The translations under genes were made by a program, and so were the position numbers. This document shows, one piece after another, positions 55,465 to 64,000 of a stretch of 64,000 nt of DNA. This DNA comes from Betaproteobacteria bacterium (GTDB lineage Bacteria; Pseudomonadota; Gammaproteobacteria; Burkholderiales; Rhodocyclaceae): the NCBI GenBank assembly GCA_009777925.1, contig WRKX01000001.1, forward strand, positions 216-64,215, in the 5' to 3' direction. How positions within the stretch are numbered: the first letter of the stretch is position 1; each line of letters begins with the position of its first letter. Below the pieces are notes generated by a model. It was not told the origin of the DNA. It did not search any database and saw only the letters and a program-made list of their open reading frames with translations.

Positions 55465-56241
55465 ATGGCTACACAGCAAATTACTGGATCGGTAGGATTT
55501 TGTGGTAAGAACTCTCCGGCAGATGTAGGCAAGGTACAAACCCTGCTTAAGAGCAAAGGCTTGTATACTGGAAGAGTCGACAATATATGCGGATCCAAAA
55601 CGATTGCCGCAATCAAAGACTTTCAAGCTAACTTCATGGGAACCCCAGACGGTCGGATTGATCCTAACGGTGTTACGTGGAAAAAGCTAACAGGAAAATT
55701 GCCGATGGTAGTGATTCAGCCCGCACGATCCGCGCTTGGAACCATTCCTGATTTCAGTTTTCCGCTTTCATTCAAACCTATAAGCTGGCATGAAGGTTCT
55801 CGTAAGTTCGGGTCAGGACGAATAGGCACAACAAGGTTGCATGGCGGATGTGACCTTTATGCGCCGTTCAGAGAGCCAATTTATGCAGTCGCAGACGGAG
55901 TTTTGGCGCGAGGGCCTTATGATTTTGAGGTTGTTAAAGATGATCCATCTCAAGTACAAGCACTTGAGATCAGACACGGTGATTTGCTTGTCCGCTATTG
56001 TGAAATAAGACCAACCAGTTTCACTGGGACAATAAAAAAAGGGCAAAAACTTGCAGAGGTGGGGTTAATAAAATTTCCTTCAGGACGTATACTCCACATG
56101 CTTCACATTGAGATTTATACGAATGTAAGGCTAACTGGGCCTTTATCGGTTAAGGGCGCAGGTCTATATGGAAGACGTGTTGATGTCACAAATCCAGCAC
56201 CATACCTTGACGTATGGGTTAATAACTTGCCACAACCTTAA
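55465..56241 (+). CDS. Peptidoglycan-binding-domain protein fused to an M23/LytM-like metallopeptidase; no signal peptide
   Basis: AAGGAG lies 9 nt before ATG 55465. The PG_binding_1-like segment is VGKVQTLLKSKGLYTGRVDNICGSKTIAAIKDFQ. The M23 motifs are LHGGCDL (HxxxD) and LHMLHIEIY (H-x-H-like region). The gene has low GC. Confidence 0.6.
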   Translation: MATQQITGSVGFCGKNSPADVGKVQTLLKSKGLYTGRVDNICGSKTIAAIKDFQANFMGTPDGRIDPNGVTWKKLTGKLPMVVIQPARSALGTIPDFSFPLSFKPISWHEGSRKFGSGRIGTTRLHGGCDLYAPFREPIYAVADGVLARGPYDFEVVKDDPSQVQALEIRHGDLLVRYCEIRPTSFTGTIKKGQKLAEVGLIKFPSGRILHMLHIEIYTNVRLTGPLSVKGAGLYGRRVDVTNPAPYLDVWVNNLPQP

Positions 56242-56244
56242 GAA

Positions 56245-56733
56245 ATGAAAAACACAATGATAAACAAATTTTTGATTATTCTAGCTCTGTTTTCAGTTGT
56301 CTGCACTAATGCTGCTGCGGTTGAGCCTGACGCACTAGGACTTTACCCGTTAACAGAGTCAGGAATTCCGTCGCAGGCGGGGGATTGTGCTTATCAATTG
56401 AAAGGAACAAAAAGCCCAAAACACGAACATTTTGTTCAAACAGCCATTTGTCCGAAACGTCGTTTTTTTAATGCGAGCGATTGCGTTCCCGTATCAATCA
56501 TAAACATAAACAATAATCAAATTGTTTTACGCAACATTTCGACAAATATAATTAATAATGAAGGTTCATCTCTATATAAAAATGACGAATATGTAGTAGA
56601 AATTCGAGTAAAAGAAGATTGTACAAAAGTTTCTTGTGATCTATTTTATCTTGATGCTGCGCTGACTGTGAAAAGAGGCTCTTTGCAGCAAATTTTTGAG
56701 ATGCAAGGTAATTGTGACATGGGTGAGAATTAA
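56245..56733 (+). CDS. Secreted small Cys-containing protein (candidate immunity protein)
   Basis: It has the signal peptide MKNTMINKFLIILALFSVVCTNAAAVEP. It starts 4 nt after the hydrolase stop, is very AT-rich, and has no recognised family. Confidence 0.5.
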   Translation: MKNTMINKFLIILALFSVVCTNAAAVEPDALGLYPLTESGIPSQAGDCAYQLKGTKSPKHEHFVQTAICPKRRFFNASDCVPVSIININNNQIVLRNISTNIINNEGSSLYKNDEYVVEIRVKEDCTKVSCDLFYLDAALTVKRGSLQQIFEMQGNCDMGEN

Positions 56734-56747
56734 AAAAGAGAACCAAA

Positions 56748-56837
56748 ATGCTGCATAAAACTCTCGTTATTCTTGCTCTATTTGCAGTTGCCTACACTCA
56801 TGCTACGGCGGTCGAAAAAATTGACGACATGTATTAA
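56748..56837 (+). pseudogene. Truncated paralogue of the preceding secreted protein (signal peptide only)
   Basis: The 29 codons MLHKTLVILALFAVAYTHATAVEKIDDMY* align with the N-terminus ..KFLIILALFSVVCTNAAAVEPD.. of the upstream ORF. Confidence 0.4.
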
Positions 56838-56954
56838 TACTCGTTGCTGAATAAATGTCCTTTTATTTGTACGAACTACCATACGTTTGACTGGCATCCA
56901 GCAACCTGGAGACGGATAGACCCATTGGTTCTGGAATGTCAGACATCATAAAAA

Positions 56955-57209
56955 TCAATCCTTCCAATCTCCCCAATTTTGTTTATCGGGCGGCAAATGC
57001 CCATCGTGCTCGGCATAATGTACCGCCAAGCGATAGCAGTATAAAACACATTTGCATGACATATTGCCAACTCCCTTAAGCAAGCAATGTTTTGTATAAA
57101 TCTCCTCCGGGTTTTGCCCTTTGAGAGATTCGATATTTGGATAACCGGCGTTAATTAAGTGCTGTGCCATCTTTTTGCCGATGCCGGGGATTTTGGTTAA
57201 ATCGGTCAT
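56955..57209 (-). CDS. Helix-hairpin-helix domain protein (Cdd1 / pathogenicity-locus family)
   Basis: MTDLTKIPGIGKKMAQHLINAGYPNIESLKGQNPEEIY.. contains an HhH motif. Confidence 0.65.
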   Translation of the reverse strand: MTDLTKIPGIGKKMAQHLINAGYPNIESLKGQNPEEIYTKHCLLKGVGNMSCKCVLYCYRLAVHYAEHDGHLPPDKQNWGDWKD

Positions 57210-57328
57210 ATTGTCCGCCTTTCTACTTCGTTTTCACTTGTATATCCTATTCCACTACATTGAAGTTCGCAAGCCAACCCCGACATTGCAACCGCTATGT
57301 GGCGTTCACTCGCTCACGCTGCGCGGAT

Positions 57329-59509
57329 TCAACGCTTTTTCCCCGGTTGCCAGCGGCGCAGGAGCAGGGAACTGCCGACAACGGACACCGAGGAAGCGGC
57401 CATTGCCGCGCCCGCAATGACCGGATTCAAAAGACCGCTTGCCGCAAGCGGAATGCTGACAATGTTATAAACGAACGCCAGAAAAAGATTCTGGCGAATT
57501 TTGCCAAGCGTGGCGCTGGAAAGGGATATAGCGTCGACTATCGCTTCCGGGTCATTTCGCATCAGGACAATATCCGCAGCATGAATGGCGGCATCCGAAC
57601 CTGCGCCCATTGCAAAACTGACATCGGAAGCCGCAAGCGCAGGCGCATCGTTGATGCCGTCGCCCGCCATCCCCACCAATCCCCGCCCTGCCTGTTTCAG
57701 TTCGTTAATGGCAGACGCCTTGTCAACCGGCAGAATTTCCGCCCGAAATTCTTCCATGCCGAGCTTGAAAGCAAGGTCGGCGGCGACAGCGCGATTATCG
57801 CCGGTAAGCATAAGGCAGCGAACGCCCGCGTTTTTCAGGCGATTAATCACGTCGGCCATGCCGGGTCTTATCTGGTCGGTCAGGGTAAACAGCCCTAACG
57901 CCCGTTCTCCGTCCGGCGTGACTTCCGCCAACAACGCCATTGTTTTGCCTTGATCGCTCCCCTGCTCCGCAGCAAACGAGAGAGGGGAGAAAGGCTCTCC
58001 CAATGCCCAGCGCGGCGCGCCCAACCGCAGCAATAAACCTTCCGCCTCGCCTTCCACACCCAAGCCGGGATACGCCCGAAAAGCGGCGACGGTCGGAATG
58101 GCGGCCTCGTCCTTGCACAAGGCGTAAATGGCGCGGGCAAGCGGATGTTCAGACCCACGCTCCAAAGCGGCAGCCAACAGAACAAGACGCTCGCGGCTCA
58201 TGTCCTCTGCAAACGGCATAATTTCTGATACTTCCGGCTTGCCCAAAGTCAGCGTGCCGGTCTTGTCGAACGCGAGCGTTTGCAGCTTTTCCACGCGCTC
58301 CAATACTTCGGCGTTGCGAATCAGAATGCCGGTCTCGCTGCCACGCCCTATACCTACCATCAGGGCGGTGGGCGTAGCCAATCCCAAAGCGCAGGGACAG
58401 GCGATAACCAGCACGGAAACCGCAGCAATCAACGCGGTCGCAAAATCGTTGCCGAATGTCAGATGCAGACCGAAGGCAATGATGGCAATGACAAGGACAA
58501 CAGGCACGAAAATGCCTGCAACCCGATCAACCAGTCGTTCGACCGGCGCTTTGGAGCCTTGCGCTTCCGCGACCATACGGATGATATTGGCAAGCATGGT
58601 CGCCTCGCCCACGCCCGTGGCGCGACAACGCAGCATTCCGTCATGATTGCGGGTGGCGGCAAAAACGCGATTGCCAGCTTCTTTCAAGACAGGCTTGCTT
58701 TCTCCGGTCAGCATGGCCTCATCAAGCGTCGAGACGCCTTCCAGCACCTCGCCATCTACCGGAACGGCATCGCCAGGACGAACCAGAAAAATATCGTCCG
58801 GCAGGAGCGCCTCCACCGGCACTTCTTTTATCTCGCCGTTTTCCTCAATAGAGGCATAGCGAGGTTGCAGACGGATCAGGGATTCCAGCGCCCCGGCGGC
58901 GCGGGCTTTGGCTCGGGATTCCATGATTTTGCCAAGCAGCACCAGGGTTATGATCGCCGCGCTGCCTTCAAAATAAACATGTTGATCATGCAGTCCCGCT
59001 ATGGTGACAAAGGCGGAAAACCCCCAAGCGGCGGATGTGCCCAACGCGACCAATACATCCATGTTCGTGCTGCCGTGGCGTAAAGACTGCCATGCGCCCC
59101 GATAAAACCTTGCGCCGATCCAGAACTGCACGGGCGTGGCAAGCAAAAGCTGCAACAATCGCGGCAATTCGCGGTGCGAGCCGTCCAGCATGAACAGCAT
59201 TTGCCCCATGAGAGGCAGGGTGAGGATTAACGCGATGCAAAACAGGCGTAATTCCGCGCGCCAGAGATTTTTTCGTCTTTCATCTTCCGTATTTTTTTCC
59301 GGCAGACTTGCCGAAAAACCCGCTTCTTCAATGGCTGCCATGATTTGCGCGGCATCCGCCAGACCCGGCGTCCACCGCGCCCTCGCCTTTTCGGTAGCGA
59401 AGTTGACGCTTGCGGTCACACCCGGCAGCTCGTTCAAGGCTTTTTCCAGCCGACTCGCGCAGGCGGCGCAACTCATGCCGGAGACAGGCAGGATCAGGGT
59501 TTCGTCCAT
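57329..59509 (-). CDS. copA: Copper-translocating P1B-type ATPase
   Basis: The HMA domain is GMSCAACASRLE. The transmembrane motif is CPC (ACPCALGLATP), the phosphorylation site is FDKTGTLT, and the hinge is GDGINDAPAL. Confidence 0.92.
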   Translation of the reverse strand: MDETLILPVSGMSCAACASRLEKALNELPGVTASVNFATEKARARWTPGLADAAQIMAAIEEAGFSASLPEKNTEDERRKNLWRAELRLFCIALILTLPLMGQMLFMLDGSHRELPRLLQLLLATPVQFWIGARFYRGAWQSLRHGSTNMDVLVALGTSAAWGFSAFVTIAGLHDQHVYFEGSAAIITLVLLGKIMESRAKARAAGALESLIRLQPRYASIEENGEIKEVPVEALLPDDIFLVRPGDAVPVDGEVLEGVSTLDEAMLTGESKPVLKEAGNRVFAATRNHDGMLRCRATGVGEATMLANIIRMVAEAQGSKAPVERLVDRVAGIFVPVVLVIAIIAFGLHLTFGNDFATALIAAVSVLVIACPCALGLATPTALMVGIGRGSETGILIRNAEVLERVEKLQTLAFDKTGTLTLGKPEVSEIMPFAEDMSRERLVLLAAALERGSEHPLARAIYALCKDEAAIPTVAAFRAYPGLGVEGEAEGLLLRLGAPRWALGEPFSPLSFAAEQGSDQGKTMALLAEVTPDGERALGLFTLTDQIRPGMADVINRLKNAGVRCLMLTGDNRAVAADLAFKLGMEEFRAEILPVDKASAINELKQAGRGLVGMAGDGINDAPALAASDVSFAMGAGSDAAIHAADIVLMRNDPEAIVDAISLSSATLGKIRQNLFLAFVYNIVSIPLAASGLLNPVIAGAAMAASSVSVVGSSLLLRRWQPGKKR

Positions 59510-59629
59510 CGCGTAAAAATGTTGGGGAAGATGAGGGAAAAGGTGATTCTAGCGGTTATTCGCCGTCCCACACGCTCAATCAGACAAACCTGAAACCGGC
59601 GGATAGAACGGCAGGCCGGGTTACGCTCG

Positions 59630-61006
59630 TCATCCCTTGAAGCACTGGGTCAGCACATGCAGGTCGTGGTTCAGCGTATTGTCCTGCGCCTTGATTTCCT
59701 CGATTGTTCTGAAGGCGTGGATGACAGTCGTATGGTCGCGTCCACCAAATGCTTCTCCGATCATAGGGTAACTACAGGAAGTCACTTCCTTGCAAAGCCA
59801 CATCGCCACCTGCCGGGGACGGGCAATGGAACGGGAACGCTTGCGGGAAAGCAGGTCGGCCAGCTTGATCTTGTAATAACCGGCAACAGTTTTCTGGATT
59901 TCCTCGATGCTGATGTTGCGCGTCGAATTGATTAGCTCTTTCAGGGCTTCCCGCGCCAGTTCAAGGGTAATGGGCGAGTTGCGGAAATTCGCATAGGCAA
60001 TCACCTTCTTTAACGCACCTTCCAACTCGCGCACATTGGCGCGGAGACTCCTGGCAATGAAAAAAGAAACATCGTTGGAAAGTGCAAAACCCTCCGCTTC
60101 CGCCTTCTTTTGCAGAATTGCCACCCGCATTTCGGTTTCCGGCGGCTCAATCTGCACGGTAAGCCCCCAGTCAAACCTGCTTACCAGACGCCCGTCCAGA
60201 CCGTTAATATCTTTCGGGTAGGTGTCGCAGGTAATGACAATTTGCTTGCCTGCTTCCACCAACGCATTGAAAACAAAGAAAAATTCTTCCTTGGTGCGGG
60301 ATTTGTCGCCGACCCCGAAGAATTGCACATCGTCCAGCAGCAGCACATCCAGACTGCGGTAATAATTCTTCATATCGACAAAAGCGCCCTGCCGATAGGC
60401 TCGCATCACATCGTTGCAGTAGTCCTCGGCATGGACATAACGCACAACCTTGTCGGAAAACTGCTGGATGATCCGGTTGCCGACGGCATGTAACAGGTGA
60501 GTCTTGCCAAGACCGGGGCCGCCATAGATAAAGAGCGGGTTGTAGAGACTACCGCCCGGCTTTTCCGCAACATTCTCCGCTGCGGCATAGGCAAGGTTGT
60601 TGGCCTTGCCGATCACCAGATTTTCAAAAAACTGGTTCTGATTAAGACGGGTACGCTCGTAAAACGCCTTTTGCTCGTCCTGTTCCCGCGCTGGCGGCTT
60701 AGGCGGCGCGGTTTTCTCCTGTTTTCCGGGTTTTTCGGCCTGCCCTGCCTTCTCCTTATCCGGTTGGCGTATTTCCAGCCGCACGGCAATCGGCCTGCCG
60801 TAAAAATCAGCCGCAAAATCCTGGATAAACTCCAGATAATGCTGGCGTACCCAGTTGCAGATGAAATTGCTGGGCGCGACCAGACAAAGCCCTTCGTCCG
60901 GCGTGTTCTCGCCATCCACGTAGAGCTGGGAAATCCAGACGGCAAACCTTTTTGGCGGCAATTTCTCTCTCAACCCGCCAAGGCAGGCATCCCAAAAACC
61001 AGACAT
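59630..61006 (-). CDS. dnaA: Chromosomal replication initiator protein DnaA
   Basis: Domain I is MSGFWDACLGGLREKLPPKRFAVWISQLYV. The AAA+ domain has GGPGLGKTHLLHAVGN and LLLDDVQF. Domain IV is ..RPRQVAMWLCKEVT..SYPMIGEAFGGRDHTTVIHA... Confidence 0.93.
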   Translation of the reverse strand: MSGFWDACLGGLREKLPPKRFAVWISQLYVDGENTPDEGLCLVAPSNFICNWVRQHYLEFIQDFAADFYGRPIAVRLEIRQPDKEKAGQAEKPGKQEKTAPPKPPAREQDEQKAFYERTRLNQNQFFENLVIGKANNLAYAAAENVAEKPGGSLYNPLFIYGGPGLGKTHLLHAVGNRIIQQFSDKVVRYVHAEDYCNDVMRAYRQGAFVDMKNYYRSLDVLLLDDVQFFGVGDKSRTKEEFFFVFNALVEAGKQIVITCDTYPKDINGLDGRLVSRFDWGLTVQIEPPETEMRVAILQKKAEAEGFALSNDVSFFIARSLRANVRELEGALKKVIAYANFRNSPITLELAREALKELINSTRNISIEEIQKTVAGYYKIKLADLLSRKRSRSIARPRQVAMWLCKEVTSCSYPMIGEAFGGRDHTTVIHAFRTIEEIKAQDNTLNHDLHVLTQCFKG

Positions 61007-61130
61007 TCAGCGATTCTCACAAAAGGGGTTAAGGCGTTTCAGCCATGAATCATCGCATTCTACCAAAACGCGCGCAAAATCACTCCCCACAAAATCGTAT
61101 TCAGCCAAAATCGCTCGTATAATTTGCCAT

Positions 61131-61222
61131 TCCTTCCGAGGAGCGTTGCGAGAGTGCCAACTCCCAGGCTCGGAAGGCGTCGCCCATAACGGTAGACAGC
61201 ATCAACGGCGCTCGCCTTCCAC
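61131..61222 (+). promoter_or_regulatory. SAH (S-adenosylhomocysteine) riboswitch in the ahcY leader
   Basis: CCGAGGAGCGUUGCGA..AGGCUCGGAAGG..CAACGGCGCUCGCC matches the conserved pseudoknot core of the SAH element (CCGAGGAGCGCUGCGAC..AGGCUCGG..AACGGCGCUC). A TATAAT box lies at 61118-61123 just upstream. Confidence 0.75.
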
Positions 61223-61294
61223 AATCCCGCTGAATGCGGGGCGGCGAGCGCATAGCGCCCTTCCCTCTTTCAGCCTAGCGCAGAGGACTTATCC

Positions 61295-62695
61295 ATGACC
61301 GCACAACACGATTACGTCATCGCCGATCCCGGCCTTGACGACTGGGGAAAGAAGGAAATCGCCATTGCCGAAACCGAAATGCCGGGGCTTATGAGCATCC
61401 GCGAGGAATTCGCCAAAAGCCAGCCGTTACAGGGCGCGCGCATTACCGGATCGCTGCACATGACCATCCAGACCGCCGTGCTTATCGAGACGCTCGTCGC
61501 TCTGGGAGCGGAAGTGCGCTGGGCATCCTGCAACATCTACTCCACCCAGGATCATGCCGCCGCCGCCATCGCCTGTCAGGGCATTTCCGTATTCGCCGTC
61601 AAGGGGGAAACTCTGGCGGATTACTGGGACTACACCCACCGCATTTTCGAGTGGCCTGACGGCGGCTATTCCAACATGATTCTGGACGACGGCGGAGACG
61701 CCACCTTGCTGCTGCATCTGGGCGTGAAGGCGGAAAAAGACATCTCCGTGCTATCGGTTCCAACCTGCGAGGAAGAAACCGCCCTCTTCGCCGCCATCCG
61801 GTCAAAACTGCAAGCCGACCCGGCCTGGTATTCCACGCGCATTGCCCATATCCGGGGCGTGACTGAAGAAACCACTACCGGCGTGCACCGTCTCTACCAG
61901 ATGCACGCGAGAGGCGAGCTTTATTTTCCCGCCATCAACGTGAACGACTCTGTTACTAAATCAAAGTTCGACAATCTCTACGGCTGCCGTGAATCGTTGG
62001 TCGACGGCATCAAACGCGCCACCGACGTGATGATCGCGGGCAAGATTGCCGTCGTGCTCGGCTACGGCGATGTCGGCAAGGGCTGCGCCCAATCGCTCAA
62101 GGGGCTTGGCGCGACGGTCTGGATTACCGAGATTGATCCCATTTGCGCCCTGCAAGCCGCGATGGAAGGCTATCGCGTGGTCAACATGGATGAGGCGGCA
62201 AGTCAGGCCGACATTTTCATCACCGCCACCGGCAATGTGAACGTCATCACCCATGAACACATGCAGGCGATGAAGATGAACAGCATCGTCTGCAACATCG
62301 GTCACTTCGACTCCGAAATTGACGTGGCGAGCCTGCGCCAATACCAATGGGAGAACATCAAGCAGCAGGTCGACCACATCATTTTCCCGGACGGCAAGCG
62401 CATCATTCTGCTTGCCGAAGGACGGCTTGTGAATCTGGGCTGCGCCACCGGACATCCGAGTTTCGTGATGAGCAATTCCTTTGCCAATCAAACGCTGGCG
62501 CAGATCGAGCTTTTCACCAAGACGGCGGAATACCCGATCAACGTATACACCCTGCCCAAGAAGCTGGACGAAATGGTCGCCCGCCTGCATCTGAAGAAGA
62601 TCGGCGCATACCTGACCCAACTGAGGCCGGATCAATCCGTGTACATCGGCGTGCCGGTCGAGGGTCCGTACAAGGCGGAGCATTATCGGTATTGA
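61295..62695 (+). CDS. ahcY: Adenosylhomocysteinase
   Basis: Contains ..[24 protein letters not shown].., ..[28 protein letters not shown].. (NAD site) and ..IGHFDSEID... Confidence 0.93.
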   Translation: MTAQHDYVIADPGLDDWGKKEIAIAETEMPGLMSIREEFAKSQPLQGARITGSLHMTIQTAVLIETLVALGAEVRWASCNIYSTQDHAAAAIACQGISVFAVKGETLADYWDYTHRIFEWPDGGYSNMILDDGGDATLLLHLGVKAEKDISVLSVPTCEEETALFAAIRSKLQADPAWYSTRIAHIRGVTEETTTGVHRLYQMHARGELYFPAINVNDSVTKSKFDNLYGCRESLVDGIKRATDVMIAGKIAVVLGYGDVGKGCAQSLKGLGATVWITEIDPICALQAAMEGYRVVNMDEAASQADIFITATGNVNVITHEHMQAMKMNSIVCNIGHFDSEIDVASLRQYQWENIKQQVDHIIFPDGKRIILLAEGRLVNLGCATGHPSFVMSNSFANQTLAQIELFTKTAEYPINVYTLPKKLDEMVARLHLKKIGAYLTQLRPDQSVYIGVPVEGPYKAEHYRY

Positions 62696-62699
62696 CGCT

Positions 62700-63540
62700 A
62701 TTTCACCCTTTCTCCCCTCTCCCACTTATGGTGTCTTGCAGACGGCAATTGGGGCGGGGAGGAGGGAGTCGGGGTCAAGAGATTCAGGAAGCGTAAATTT
62801 CAACCTGAACGCTGCCCTCTCCCGGCCTGCGACCACCCTCTCCCACTCGCGGCGTAGTCACAAGCGGGAGAGGGGAGAAAACAATTGCCGCATGTTGAGG
62901 TTTGCGCCAAGCCTTCTAATTATCGCCGTTACGTTGGGGTTCGCGTTGCTCACCCCAACCTACAAAACTACCCACAAAACTAATGGGAGAGCAAGTAGGG
63001 GCGAACCTGTGTGTTCGCCAGCATTTGGGCAGACACGCAGGTCTGCCCCTACGGTCTTGCGGAAATGACCATATGCCCTCCCGTATTTCAGCCCTGTAGG
63101 TTGGGGTGAGCGGTACGCGAACCCCAACATTGAAGCTACCGCAAACACCTTTCTCCCCTCTCCCGCTTGTGTATATGCCGCAAACGGAAGATGGGAGAAA
63201 CTGTGCGGGCGACCGAGGACGGTCGCCCATACGGCGGCAATGCGGCATTGGTTTTAGCCCCCTTTATAAAAAGGGGTGGCGCGTTAGCGCCGGGGGTTTG
63301 CTTTCCGTCTGATAGATTGGAGCAAGCGCCTTTCCCCCCTCTCCCTCTCCCGCTCCCCGCCTTCGCGGGGACAGGCATGCTGGAATGACGGATGGGTTAT
63401 AATCTGTGCGAAATCACCTGTGCGAAATAGCGACCGCGCCACTGTAGGGGCGAATAATTATTCGCCCCTACGCCGCAAGCAGGAGCTATCCGGCAAAACC
63501 CCGGCGGCTTCGCGCCACCCCCTTTTAAAAGAGGATTGCT
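62700..63540. repeat. 0.85-kb REP mosaic (the same families as 2280-3640)
   Basis: Contains ctctcccacttatgg.., the gttggggttcgcgttgctcaccccaacctac pair, gtaggggcgaacctgtgtgttcgcc, gggcagacacgcaggtctgcccctacgg, ttagccccctttataaaaaggggtggcgcgttagcgccgggggtttgc, and gtaggggcgaataattattcgcccctac. Confidence 0.9.
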
Positions 63541-63602
63541 CACTTTATATTGATTGTGGTATTATGTTATATATCTGTTTAATCTGAATGAGGAGGAATC
63601 GT

Positions 63603-64000
63603 ATGCAATGCACCCACTGCGGTAGCGTGAGCTACGTCAAGAATGGTTCTTACAAAGGTTCCCAACGATATCTCTGCAAAGAGTGTCGCCGGGCTTTCAG
63701 CGACAAGGTTCGCAAGTTTACTTACGCCGATAAGGAGAGATTCCTGCAGATGTATCTGAATAATGTGGGCATTCGCAAAAGCGCGATTTTCATGGGTTGC
63801 TCTTCGTCAATGCCTAACCGGTGGATACGGGAATTTGCGCAGAATCTGCGGCGGCAGTTACAGAATGCAGAAACCCTGCTGGAGGGCGGTGAAATACCAG
63901 AAATCATAGAGATGGACGAGCTTTATACACGTGTAAAAAAAGGGGCTCAAGAATTCAAGTATGGCTTGCTTATTCTAGAAGGGCGGGCAAGGTTATTGCT
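63603..64000 (+). mobile_element. IS1-family transposase gene, 5' part (runs off the window)
   Basis: GGAGG lies 8 nt before ATG 63603. The N-terminus MQCTHCGSVSYVKNGSYKGSQRYLCKECRRAFSD has a CxxC..CxxC zinc finger like InsA. It is followed by an HTH-like segment and ..IIEMDELYT.. (start of the DDE domain, cf. IS1 InsB). The frame is open to the window end. Confidence 0.7.

Noticed and set aside
61007-61294. oriC or a DnaA-box cluster next to dnaA
   Set aside because: There is no perfect TTATCCACA/TGTGGATAA box and no AT-rich 13-mer array. The spacer is largely occupied by the ahcY promoter and SAH riboswitch. I report this as an unusual context, not as an origin.

Overview
This is a 64-kb chromosomal segment from a REP-rich genome, probably beta-proteobacterial. 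That guess rests on a Neisseria-like type II-C CRISPR system and a divergent suhB/trmJ pair, and I hold it with low confidence. Housekeeping backbone genes: autotransporter, trpB2, trmJ, suhB, trmL, rpoH, yqjDEK-like, glnS, tkt, an sqr-like sulfur cluster, btuB-F-C-D behind a cobalamin riboswitch, a ubiT-like gene, a DinG/YoaA helicase, copA, dnaA, and ahcY behind an SAH riboswitch. Several accessory islets interrupt this backbone.

(1) A complete type II-C CRISPR-Cas locus. It has a minus-strand tracrRNA (29661-29766), cas9 (29791-33141, with an in-frame TAA at 30052-30054), cas1 and cas2. The array is 7.75 kb (34431-42184) with 118 x 36-bp repeats and 117 spacers. It includes a perfectly duplicated 14-spacer block and several other redundant spacers.

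(2) The most unusual object is an orphan 4-repeat CRISPR-like array at 52178-52411. Its 36-bp repeat is one of the genome's own REP palindromes. Its geometry (36-bp repeat, 30-bp unique spacers) equals that of the II-C array. This is a candidate natural neo-CRISPR made by ectopic spacer integration.

(3) A tightly coupled five-gene minus-strand operon at 4486-10591: dcm, MORC-like GHKL ATPase, Mrr-nuclease/SF2-helicase fusion, an unknown gene, and vsr. I predict it is an ATP-dependent R-M or defence system.

(4) An MmeI-like type IIL R-M gene (12541-15618) that carries two in-frame REP-derived insertions.

(5) A low-GC islet at 24.5-27.5 kb of single-ORF cassettes separated by related imperfect palindromes (attC-like). 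It includes a TM-protein/PLD-nuclease pair and is bounded by a dispersed AT-rich promoter-bearing repeat. The same repeat also forms the CRISPR leader-side flank.

(6) A low-GC peptidoglycan-hydrolase/immunity-like module at 55.4-56.9 kb.

(7) Dense REP mosaics with a RAYT-like remnant, a (TG)22 microsatellite, a ~172-bp inverted repeat pair bracketing 30 kb, a decayed T4SS fragment, and a partial IS1-family transposase at the right edge.

Everything here comes from reading the sequence and translations. No database search was run.
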